From contig NC_087258.1 in assembly GCF_037042905.1 (NCBI RefSeq), positions 7,378,001 through 7,442,000 on the forward strand: a stretch of DNA of 64,000 bases. The letters are read 5' to 3'. The DNA comes from Lytechinus pictus (lineage: Eukaryota). Under the pieces are notes generated by a model, which did no database searches, had not been told where the DNA came from, and was given only the letters and a program-made list of their open reading frames with translations. Of the stretch, positions 53,656 to 64,000 are shown piece by piece. How positions within the stretch are numbered: the first letter of the stretch is position 1; each line of letters starts with the position of its first letter. The position numbers and the translations under genes are program-made.

Positions 53656-55595
53656 GAAACAAAAAGGAATAATGAACACACACACACCAGTAACACAATC
53701 GTAATCACGATTTCATACCAATCACAGAACCGAGATGAATGGTCGCATCATTACGCCGTGATCACAAGACGAAAAATCGCCAATAAAGTCTTCGGAGATT
53801 TGAGAAACCCGCTCGAGCAACCACGTAATGCTCTATGAAGCATGATGAGATACCGGAGAACGGGGTCTAAGTGCTTCGTAATTAAATCTTGCACAAGACG
53901 AAAAGAGTGGCGTGTCTCTCAGGTGTCAAGAATTTCACTTATTAGCATAGGTCCGATATCAAAAGCGTATTGATAAGAAAAGTCTCATGGAAAATAGAAA
54001 GATAAACCTCCTTACTATTCAAATAGGTGTATTGTTCTCTTCCCTTGAGACAATTACACGTGTCTGCAGAATGTTATGATCTTTGTTGTCACTTCTGTAG
54101 GTGTTATGGTGGAGGGCCGGGGGTACCTGGAAAGTTGTTGTTCACAAAACTTTTTTAGGAATGACTTGGGCATTTCATTTCTTTATATATGAGAAATTGA
54201 TGTTATTTGTTCATTCCTTATAAAGCCATTTAATTTTCTGCCTTCAAAATCAAATTTGCTGATATCCTTGAATTATTTTGTTTATTATTTTTGATCATGT
54301 CCTTCAACTATCAAAGTTATGTAATGAAATGGTGAACAGTAAAGTGAACGATTTATCTTATAGTCAAGAGTTACTTTGTAGAAAATTGTTATTGAACGTA
54401 GAAGTGTATCATCCATTATCCATGGATTTTTTCTTGGCAATTAGAATGATGATGATGAGTTATCATTTTGTTGGGGGTGTTAAATGCTTTACAATCGGGT
54501 AAGTCTTAAACTCTCGCTAAGTCATATAGTTATCTACATCCCCTGACAGTGCGCCACTGACTATAATGAACCTCAACCCTAAACACGAATGAACGCCCCT
54601 GATAATAATTGATTATCATCCGTTGTTTGCTGGATATCACACGTCAATATAATGATGCTCTAAAAATTAGCAATCAGTCCAGTCGTTAGTTCGAGGGCAC
54701 ATATCACAAAGATTCAAGACGGTGAAAATAACGCAGCTTTTGTCTCACATTCACTCCACCATTGTTTGATTGAAAGGGAAGGGGGTTCTACCGTCGAATA
54801 TTTGGCTATTGGCTTTCGCCAACTTGTGGCCATTTTCTGCCTTATGTTTTTTCTCACTTTTTCCTGATGAGTAATAAAAAGGCCTATCACAATGGAATAT
54901 CTTATATTTTTCTTCATTTTTTCCTGATGACTAAAAACCTATCAACATGGAGCAGGGTATTGACTGATGCAAAAATATTCAGGACTCAAATTTTTTATAC
55001 TTTTGGGGCAAGGCAAAATTCCTCTAGGGCGCATATCTATGGTACAGCACAAATGGAAAACAAAAATTAAAAAAAGGGCACTAAAATAGCCAAGGTCGGT
55101 GAGAGCGGCAACAGGGCCAATTAATAGGGCATCCACGGACATACCCTTCGTGGCCTTCAATTAATTTCCGAACTGCATTATTTATTTATTTTTTGCCTAA
55201 AGGTAACTCGCATCTCACCTATTTTTCAAAAAAAAAATGATTTTTTAAGTATCTTTATTCTTTTATTTCGACATTCAGCTGGTATCATGTCCTAACCTAC
55301 GTTTCTTTGCTACGCCTCCAAGCCCCCCGCTATGAACATGATCCCTCGATCCAAATTCACGAGTTGGTAAGCGTGCAATGACGTATTCGACTATCAGCTT
55401 ACCCTTTGCAGTCAGAATACTAACCAGTGATAGTGACGTAATTATTACGTCAAAAGTATTGACGAGACGAGTGGTGTTACAGTCGGGAGTATTCACGTGA
55501 TTCTTCGAATAGTTTTGGCAGTTTTATGCATAATTATTCCGGAATATGTATCGAACTACCTCATTTGCGTCAGAATCAAGCCAGCGAAACTGACT

Positions 55596-55854
55596 TGACC
55601 CCTTTACACAAAGATTAGAAATCAATCACTAATTTGAAACAACGATTCTGATTGGTTTCTATTTAGTCAATTGAGCAAAATGCACATTAACGATTAATCG
55701 CTAACCTTTGTGTTACGGGGACCTGGGGCCCGTAACACAAAGCTTAGCAATGATCGTAGAACATTTTTCTACGATTGATTGCATTGACTACAATGTACAA
55801 TCAATCGTGAAAATCACGCTTACGATTAATCGCTAACCTTTGTGTTACGGGACC
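55596..55854. mobile_element. two abutting ~128-bp Harbinger-like MITEs
   Basis: second copy ctg|GGGCCCGTAACACAAAG ... CTTTGTGTTACGGGACC|cag (55726-55854); first copy 55596-55722 shares its right arm. Confidence 0.85.
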
Positions 55855-56745
55855 CAGGATCCTGTTCATTCTATATGATATTAAGTAACAAATTCAAGTT
55901 ACTTTTAAGTTTTGTCGATCCCTGTAACATAAGAGATCAAATCAATAAAATGTACAGTTAAATGTAATTGTAACTCAATGGCAAAACATGTACAAAAATG
56001 ACATTTGATTGTAAATATCAATCGTATTTTGTTATTTATGTTCGCACCTCGTGTCGGTATCGCGTTGTGACAGCGGCATAAGGGAAATAATTTAATCCCT
56101 AGATGTCGCAATTTTCAATCAAATTTGATTCAAATTTGAATCTCCAGGTGTAAAGAGAGTGAATTCCGTATCGATCAATTTGGCGTCTGTTTCGTTTGTG
56201 TGGCTGTATTGCATCCGTTACTTTCTATTTCCATGTATTACACAAAATGCCATCCCTTCACTCTATCACTAGTGTGACAGTTAGCAATTTTATTCTTGGA
56301 AGAAAAAAAGCCTAATCGATGTGTCCTCATTATAAAACACTGAAGACGTAGACATTTTTGCATTTCGCATCGAGTATGCCTACTCTTTTGACGGGAAGCC
56401 TCAAGCCTTAGTTCGTCCGCGATCGCATTCAATTGCAAGAGGGGTAGCACATTACCCCCGGGGGAAATGTATCTGTTTACAGATGAGGGGTCCAAACCGT
56501 GTTGCATTCATGTGAAGCGTTGAAGTCATGGATGTGGTATTCCAGTCGAGGGGAAATGTTGGCTTTTCATTGCGGATTGGGTTTGAAGTACGGGGCCATC
56601 GTCTCTGACACATGTGGGACAAATTGAAACTTGTAAATTGAAACAAAGAAGATTGGAAGAAAGGAGGGGAAGGGAAGAGAGAGGGGGAGAGAAAGAGTGG
56701 GCGAGGGGGGGGGGGGGGTAAGGGCTATGTTTGGAAGTCAGTCTA

Positions 56746-56987
56746 CACTGCAAAAACTCTGGTGTCGATTTAACACCAGCCCGGAATCTATATATGTCCA
56801 CACCAGAGAAGTGTTAAACAACACCAGTTTCGTTTTGGTCTAACACCAAATAGGTGTTTATACAACACCAATTAGTATTAAAACAGCATCGGTTTGATTC
56901 CAAACTGTTGTTGTTTCGATACTTCTCTGATGTGGAAATATATAGATTCCGGGCTAGTGTTAAATCAACACCAGAGTTTTTGCAGTG
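56746..56987. mobile_element. TA-flanked palindromic MITE (CACTGCAAAAACTC)
   Basis: ta|CACTGCAAAAACTCTGGTGT.GATTTAACAC.AGCCCGGAATCTATAT ... inverse|ta; ~70-bp arms. Confidence 0.95.
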
Positions 56988-58229
56988 TAATGATGGTCAG
57001 TCTGTTGTTGATGTAGAATGCATCTGCGGTTGAACAAAATAATGGAGCGTCGAAATTGAATCGAGGTACATACTGGGGGACATTCCTCGGTAGTGTGTGC
57101 ATTGATTAATAGTATGAAGGGAAGGAAATTGGAATGAAGAGGGGGGGGGGCAAAATAGCGAAAAAGGGAGAAAAGGAGGGAAAGAGGGAGAAAGATGAAG
57201 GAGAGACATAGAAGGGGAGGAGGGGGGGGGGGTTGAAGTAGTCTGGAAGGCAAATACTTTTTTATAGCTACTGCATAGACTTAAAAATATATAACCAGTA
57301 GATCTACATACGTCCGTTGGGAAAGTGAGAGGGTATGGACTTTAGCAAGCGATAGCTATTAAAAGAAAAATTTAGAGAAGAGAGGACATAAGGTGCGCCG
57401 CGGTAAAAAGAACAATGAATAAAATATTTAACGGACAAAATACATTTTAATGAGGCTTACAGGAACGTAGAATGGAAAATGAAACGATGGAAAGAGAAAT
57501 GTACTTTTAATATAGGTGGATGAATGGATGAGGATTTACAGAGAGAAGACGGACAGAGTCATTGAGAGAGGAGATAGAAAGAAGGAAAGCGCGATGCAGA
57601 GCGGGAGATGGTTTAATAAAAAGAATATAAAGGAAGAGTACGTCAAGGAGATAGAGAGACAGAGAGGGGGAATTTGAAATAAGGGAAAATGACATGCGAA
57701 CAAGGTCGGATTAAAGAGAACTCAGGAGATGTCATTGGAAATAATCCTCAGCTTAATCTCATTAAATGTCATCCCCAAATTAAGTCCATCCATGCATAGC
57801 ATCGGCCCTGGTGACAGCTTTTCCGTAAAATACCCCGTCATAACTCATTTTCAAAAACCTGTTCCATGCTGGTAAACAGAAAGCTATTAGGGTATTGTGC
57901 ATCGTATGCTCTACCGGTTTGCTTTACCATGTTTACGACTAGAACGATTGTTTTCAAGTATCAGAGCATGATATTTTTCACTGAGACACTTAAAAGAGCA
58001 ATCCATTGTAAAATAAATTAATTCCAAAAACCGAAGTTCATTTCTCATTATTGACGCGAGATGTAATTTTAAGTATGTGACTGATTTTTTTTCTCGCAAG
58101 TATGATACTCTTACAGATTAGATATATAAGTGAAATATTTATGTAATGACTAGTAAATTTCTTCATTTTAATGCAGTGTGGCTATGTGGTTTATGTTAAG
58201 GTTTCTATTGTATAAGTTTTACCATTTTC

Positions 58230-59700
58230 CATAGTAAGTGATATGGTTCAGTGATTTTATTGTGGGGCCTCGATCCTTCAGGTCATGGGTTCTTATTAAA
58301 CCAGTTTTACTACTGTCCTCATCTTCCGTAGATAGTGGTGTCATTCAGTGGTTTTATTAATAGATCTCGTACCTACAGCTTATGGCTTATCATTTTATCA
58401 GTTTGACTAAAGTTCGTATCTTATATTATTCTGTAGATAGTAATATGGATCAGTGGTTTTATTTAGTGACCGCAAACCTACAGGCCGTGAATTATGATTG
58501 AATCAGTTTTAATATATCTTCAGTAGATAGTAATATGGTTCAGTGGTTTAATCGAGGGACCTCAAACCTACACGTCATGAGTTCTGATCGGATCAATTTT
58601 ACCATCTTCAGTAGAAGGAAATATGGTTCAGTGGTTTTATTTAGGGATTTAAACCTACAGGACAAAGGTTCTTATTGGATCAGTGTCACTATCTTCAGTA
58701 GATAGTAATATGATTCAGTGGGTTTATTACTGGACCTCAAACCTACAGCTCATGGGTTCGTGTTGAATAAGTTTTATTATGGTCCATTATCTTTCTGATG
58801 TAACATGGTTCAGTAGATGTATCGGGGCAACTTGAACCTACAGGTCGTGGGTTCTGAATTCTGAATCAGTTTTACTATCTTCAGTAGATAGAAATATGGT
58901 TCAATGGTTTTATTGCGGAACCTTGAACCTACAGGTCATTGGGTATAATTGATTCAGTTGCATCATTGTTCATATCTTCAGTAGATAGTTACATGGTTCA
59001 GTGGTTTTATTGCGGGATCCCAAACATACAGGCCGTGGATTCTGATTTAATCAATTTCACTATAGTTCATTTCTTCAGTAGATAGTAATACGGCATACTG
59101 GTTGTTATTGAGGGATCTCGAACCTACAGGTCATGAGTTCTGACTGAATCAGCTTTACTATCTTTAGTAGATAGTAAAATGATTCAGTGGTTTTAATGAG
59201 AACCTCAAACCTACAGGCCATGGGTTCGTAATGAATAAGTTTTATTGTTGTCCATTATCTTTCTGATTTTACAATATGGTTCAGTGGATGTATTGAGGAA
59301 ACTTGAACTTACAGGTCAGGGGTTCTGATTGAATCAGTTTTACTTTCTTCAGTAGCTAGTAACAGGGTTCAGTGGTTTTCTTTAGGGATCTCGAACCTAC
59401 AGGCCGTAGGCTCTGATCAAATCAATTTCACTATATAGCTCGTATCTTCAGTAGATAGTAATATGGTTCAGTGGTTTTATAAGGAACCTCAACCCACAGG
59501 CCACGAGTTCTGATCGAATCAATTTCACTATAGTTCATATCTTCAGTAGATAGTAATATGGCTCTATGGTTTTATTGCGGGATCTCAAACCGACAGGTCA
59601 TGAGTTCTGATTGAATCAGTACTTACATCTCTTCAGTCGAATATTAAATGGTTCAGTAGTTTAACTAATGGGTCTCGATGCACATCATGGGTTAAACATA
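58230..59700 (+). repeat. tandem array of ~16 diverged 88-100-bp monomers with tRNA/SINE-head-like layout
   Basis: consensus ATGGTTCAGTGGTTTTATTGCGGGATCTCGAACCTACAGGTCATGGGTTCTGATTGAATCAGTTTTACTATCTTCAGTAGATAGTAAT. Confidence 0.95.
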
Positions 59701-59876
59701 CAGGTATAACGTTTTCTATCTTTTGAATATTCATAGTATGTATGTATATAGGCCTGTATCATATTATGGTGAGTCTTTGAGGCGGCAAAATTGTAATCTA
59801 TATTGTTTCAAGACACGCTCATTAAGTTAACAACCACATAACACATTTTCTGGCATGGACTCATTTTCTGGTATAT

Positions 59877-60085
59877 GGTGGTGGTGGTGATTTTTTTACC
59901 TGACTGCTAAGAAAGCATGAATGCTTGTAAGCAAGCAACCAGAGGACCGACGGCTTAAGGTCCCCTCCGAAGGACCTGGTACTGAGGATTAATGCCTTAC
60001 CAAAGGGCACTAGCGCACCAAGTGGGAATCGAACCCGGGTCACCGGAATACGAGTCCCCCGCTCTACCGACTGAGCTATCGCGCC
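59877..60085 (-). mobile_element. full-length young tRNA-derived SINE with (CCA)n tail
   Basis: minus strand ggcgcgaTAGCTCAGTCGGtagagc ... GGTTCGATTCCC; body ccctttggtaaggcatt..gaccttaagccgtcggtcc; TSD (c)tggtatat at 59868-76 and 60085-93. Confidence 0.92.
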
Positions 60086-61043
60086 TGGTATATTGGAAAG
60101 GTCACCAGCAAAGAGTAATTTTAATGACCAAAGCCTATAGGTCTAGTAACTTGTTGGCTTTTAAGTCGGCATTCCTGTGGGACTAGCGCAGACATTGCAA
60201 TTACACATATTGCTATTGGCGCTGACATATAGGGGGCACGGCCACGTGATGTCGATGGTGATGGTTGACGCTCGATAATTATTTACTCCACTGAGTACTG
60301 CCAGCGTCAGTTGATAGCCCTTGTGGTTTGTATGCTTCATCAGTGTATGTGTGGTGGATGTGGGTGTGTGTGAGATCGTGCATGGCAGTGGCATTGTTTG
60401 AGGAGGGGGGGGGGATATGATTTAAGGGTGTATCTCACTGAGGACAGAATGCTGACGACTATAGCGATGTTCGGATTCACCAACTTTTTAATGACCGTTG
60501 CAAACGCTTTCAAACGTTTGTTAGCGACATAATCAATAAAGAGATATTTGCAAGCTGCTTTGAACGGAACGAATAAAAGAATAATGTTTGTCAATATTCG
60601 ACACAATTTCTCCTAAATTTTCTTGTTCAAGTAGAAATGGCGATTCTATTTGTAACACGGCATAGCCGATACATTTTTAAGATATTACCCATGTTATGTT
60701 CTGAATGAACATTTGAACATGTTCATGATTCTCTGCTACTATAGAAGAAAATGAAAATGCTGGAGACAAAGAAAACTTTTTAAAAAGTTTTCTTGCGACC
60801 TTATAATAAGAATGAGAAAATCACCGCGTTTGTAAGAGGGATTATAAAATTTGCAGAAGATGAAACATAAATGAGCATCGTCAAAGAGATGGACCGGTAT
60901 AAACGCGACAGACATTCTTTGAATTTGTTTATAAGTATCTAAAGAATAAAATGAGTGGATGGAACGGAAAGGAAGATAAATTTACCATCAGATAACGTTG
61001 GATCCCAATTATTTATCTCTCGTCTCGTATGAATTCAAGGTTA

Positions 61044-61155
61044 TGCTACAGTTACACCAACGAAACCGGTGTCAGACCGATCAAAGCAATGACGTTATTT
61101 CCAATGGCGTAGCATCGGTCGGTTTTTGGAGTCGGTTCCATTGGTGTGACCATGC
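61044..61155. mobile_element. ~115-bp hairpin MITE family member
   Basis: gttacaccaacgaaaccg..accgatcaaagc ... gagtcggttccattggtgtgac. Confidence 0.75.
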
Positions 61156-61248
61156 ACGGCACGATGATCAGCAAAGGGCAAAACAAGGCTGCGTCCCCTG
61201 AATGAAGCGTTCATTAGGGGTATTCCGGACCTATTGCATTTCCGAGGA

Positions 61249-61504
61249 GGAACCTCTCTACAACGCACCAATTCCTTTGAAAATGCAAGTCAAATGACAA
61301 TGATGAGCTGAGAGGCTTTTGTCGAAAGTTGATGAACCAGGACAGCATCGGAATCTCTTGACTCTGGACAACGACATATTTGCAATTGTTCTTCCGCGGC
61401 AAATCTTCGGAGGATCTGCAGTCCCAGTCCACCAACTTTCGACCAAAGCCTCAGTATGATTTTGATTGCATTTTCACAGGATCGATGCGTTGTAGAGAGT
61501 TTCC
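61249..61504. repeat. ~255-bp imperfect palindrome (probable old MITE)
   Basis: ctctctacaacgca / tgcgttgtagagag; tgaaaatgcaa / ttgcattttca; gaggcttt.gtcgaaagttg / caactttcgac.aaagcctc. Confidence 0.8.
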
Positions 61505-62704
61505 GCGGGGTTAAAGCGAAAACTATTTTGAGAAAAGCGATCCAATATTAGGGAATTAACTTTGATGCGAGCTTAAGACCAAGTATTACCTCGACAGAAA
61601 TCAGATAAAAGGACAAGGACGGAAGACAGAATAGAGGGAGATTTAAAGACATGAAAACGGCTTGTGAATCTGACATTTGCGAACATATTTTCAACATACA
61701 ATTGCAACAGAAGGCGCATATTTTTAATCATAGCTTTATTACGCTCAGACCAGCTTGAAGGCTAACATAAGATACATAATTAAAAACTGCATCACGTGGG
61801 GGGTAAAGCGGCAAGGTATATGAAGTATGGATTTATTATCTTATTAAATGATTGCGACAGTTTGGTAAAACCCATACTCGTAGCTCAAAATATTTGATCA
61901 AAACTTGGAAAAACTGTTAACACATCCAGTAGGTCAGCTACTCGTTCTTTACATTGAAAAAAAAACATTGTTAGGAACTAGGTTAGGAAGACGCACTTTG
62001 ATAAACTTACAGTTACTTAATAATTGCAAGAATTTATTGAAAAGATAGATAACCTTTGCACTTTACTTGACTGAGCGCGGAAGTATTTTGCATTTTGTAT
62101 TTTTGCATTTGTAATTTTGTATTTTGAAACAGTGCTTAGTTGCTGAAAAGCAATTCAAAATAAATCTTGAAAAGATATAGGCAAACATTTGATATGCGTG
62201 TGCGCGTGTGTAAGGAGGAAGGAGGGCGGGGGGGGGGGGGGGTGTAACACCTATCATCTACCACTGCATACCTACTTGGCACATAAAAAGGCATTCATGG
62301 AAACAACCACTGAGATTTTGAGTCCTTCATTATGCGAGATACGGGATGACATTTATATGTACTGCATGTACTCGACATTAATAAATGAAGATACGAACAC
62401 TTGAATAAGACATGAACCCATACGGAATGTACAGGTTATTTGAATTATAAATATGGCAAGGTGGAAGAAACCAGTGTGACGTAGTCTTTACTTGCACAGA
62501 CCCTGCCAAATTAGCTTGATGTGATGTTGAGAGATAACCATTGCTTATTTTATTTTAATAGTGTTGCTTCGCCGACCATATACCTCATATTTTGTAGTCG
62601 TTTTGTAGGTCAAGTAATTTTTTTACTACATATCCAGATAATGATATACAACTTAAAAAAACAATTTTTTGAAATGTTAAGATGGATAAATACATTATCC
62701 ACAT

Positions 62705-62945
62705 CACTAGCGGATCCACGGGGGGGGGGGGGGGGGGCAGCCGGCTCGTGCCCCCATTTGAGAGACACAATTAGAGTTTGTAATGTAAAAATGCCGTTAA
62801 AACACAACTGTGTCCCCTTTTGAAAATGAGGACCTATTTTTGTCAAAGTTTTTCGTTGACGAAATGTACTCAAATTTTTTTTTTGCTTGTCAATTTTTTC
62901 TCGGGAAAATGTGCCCCCCTTTGGAAAATCCTGGATCCGCCCCTG
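62705..62945 (-). mobile_element. hAT-type MITE (CAGGGGCGGATCC family)
   Basis: CACTAGCGGATCCA ... TGGATCCGCCCCTG; perfect 8-bp TSD ATCCACAT (62697-704, 62946-53). Confidence 0.92.
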
Positions 62946-63950
62946 ATCCACATGCACATTATAAGAATAATTCACAACCAAAAATTGTGTTTCATCAAGT
63001 CTGCAAAGTTCGCAAAAGATACCAGTCGGAAGGTGCTAAAACCAGCTTTTCGATTGAAGAGGAAAATTGCTTGTCGAAAATGATGTCGCTCATCGATCGC
63101 TCTGGCCTTATAACAAGTATCCAGTACAATACCTCCGTGACGCGAGCATGAAATGTAGAAACGGGATTGAGATTACCAGGATTTAATTGGATTGGTCTCC
63201 AGTATGTAGTCATTTGCTTGCCAGGCGTCGTGCCTAAACATGGCGACTTTCAGATTGTGAAATCAGGTCAAAGCAACCGCTCTTGGTTCGAAGCATTGCA
63301 TGTACGTTGCAAGTATATGTCCTCACTCATTTAAGACATAGAACTATTGGATAACAAAATATGAAATATTGAAAGAACTGATATTTACTAAATATTTCAA
63401 ATGCATATTTAATGAAGAAAATATATATTTGTATAATTTCTTTCAACAATATCTGAATTCGACTTAGAAGATGACGAAATAATCTTTATTGATGACGTAT
63501 ACACAGTGCCATAATTTTTCATTTTATATTAAAGATAATACATTAAAAAAATAACTATTTTCACGCTGAATATTCTGAGGGGATAATTATGGCAACTAGT
63601 ATTTTGATATTTTCTTTGTTACATTGGTACTGGCAATTATTCTAGAGATGATATCGAATCACGATAGCCTTTTGTACACTTTTGTAGAACAACCGTAGCC
63701 AAATTCTTCCATATGTCTAATTTGATTGTAAAAAAATGTGCAAACATCTGCAAAATATCATAAACAACGGGAAAAATATAACAATGTCAAGTAACTTTGA
63801 AATTTTAACTGAAATTTACAGCGAAGCGAAGGGAAAGTTTTGATATTGACTATTGTCGTTTTATTCAGATACTTCAGTAAAAGTTCGTATGAACTGCATT
63901 TCATCCATGTTTCCTTGTAGTTAATTCCATTCGATTTCAGTGTGATGCGG

Positions 63951-64000
63951 CAGTCACACCACCGAATCCGACTCCAAACCGATCAAAGCTATTACGTTAT
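63951..64000. mobile_element. start of another ~115-bp hairpin MITE copy (cut by window end)
   Basis: cagtcacacc..ccgactccaaaccgatcaaagctattacgttat. Confidence 0.7.

Noticed and set aside
58230-59700. CRISPR array or functional tRNA gene cluster
   Set aside because: Whole monomers are homologous (no unique spacers), there are no cas genes, the context is eukaryotic, the B box is interrupted and no acceptor stem is evident.
60010-60085. tRNA gene (CGT anticodon-like loop)
   Set aside because: Acceptor and T stems pair poorly, and the head continues into a SINE body with tail and TSD.

Overview
AT-rich, gene-poor animal genomic DNA with two short N gaps. The repeat landscape (TA-, TTAA-, TWA- and 8-bp-TSD MITEs, tRNA-derived SINEs, L2 and RTE LINE fragments, a TGACCTTTGACC tandem-core element, poly-G runs) looks like an echinoderm such as a sea urchin; this is an inference. 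The only host-gene signal is a probable first coding exon on the + strand (19482/19590-19659). It encodes a signal peptide and ends at a phase-1 GTGAGT donor, so the remaining ~44 kb is probably a very long first intron. No prokaryotic features, CRISPR, rRNA or functional tRNA genes were seen, and nearly all ORF-track entries are low-complexity or repeat artefacts. Three items stand out: (1) a 6.6-kb non-coding element with CACAGTGAGCCA terminal inverted repeats, TAA flanks and mirrored subterminal arrays, ending ~560 bp upstream of the first ATG; (2) a ~1.5-kb tandem array whose ~90-bp monomer keeps tRNA A-box/B-box geometry; (3) a Helentron/pearl-like element carrying four perfect nuclear-receptor DR1 sites.
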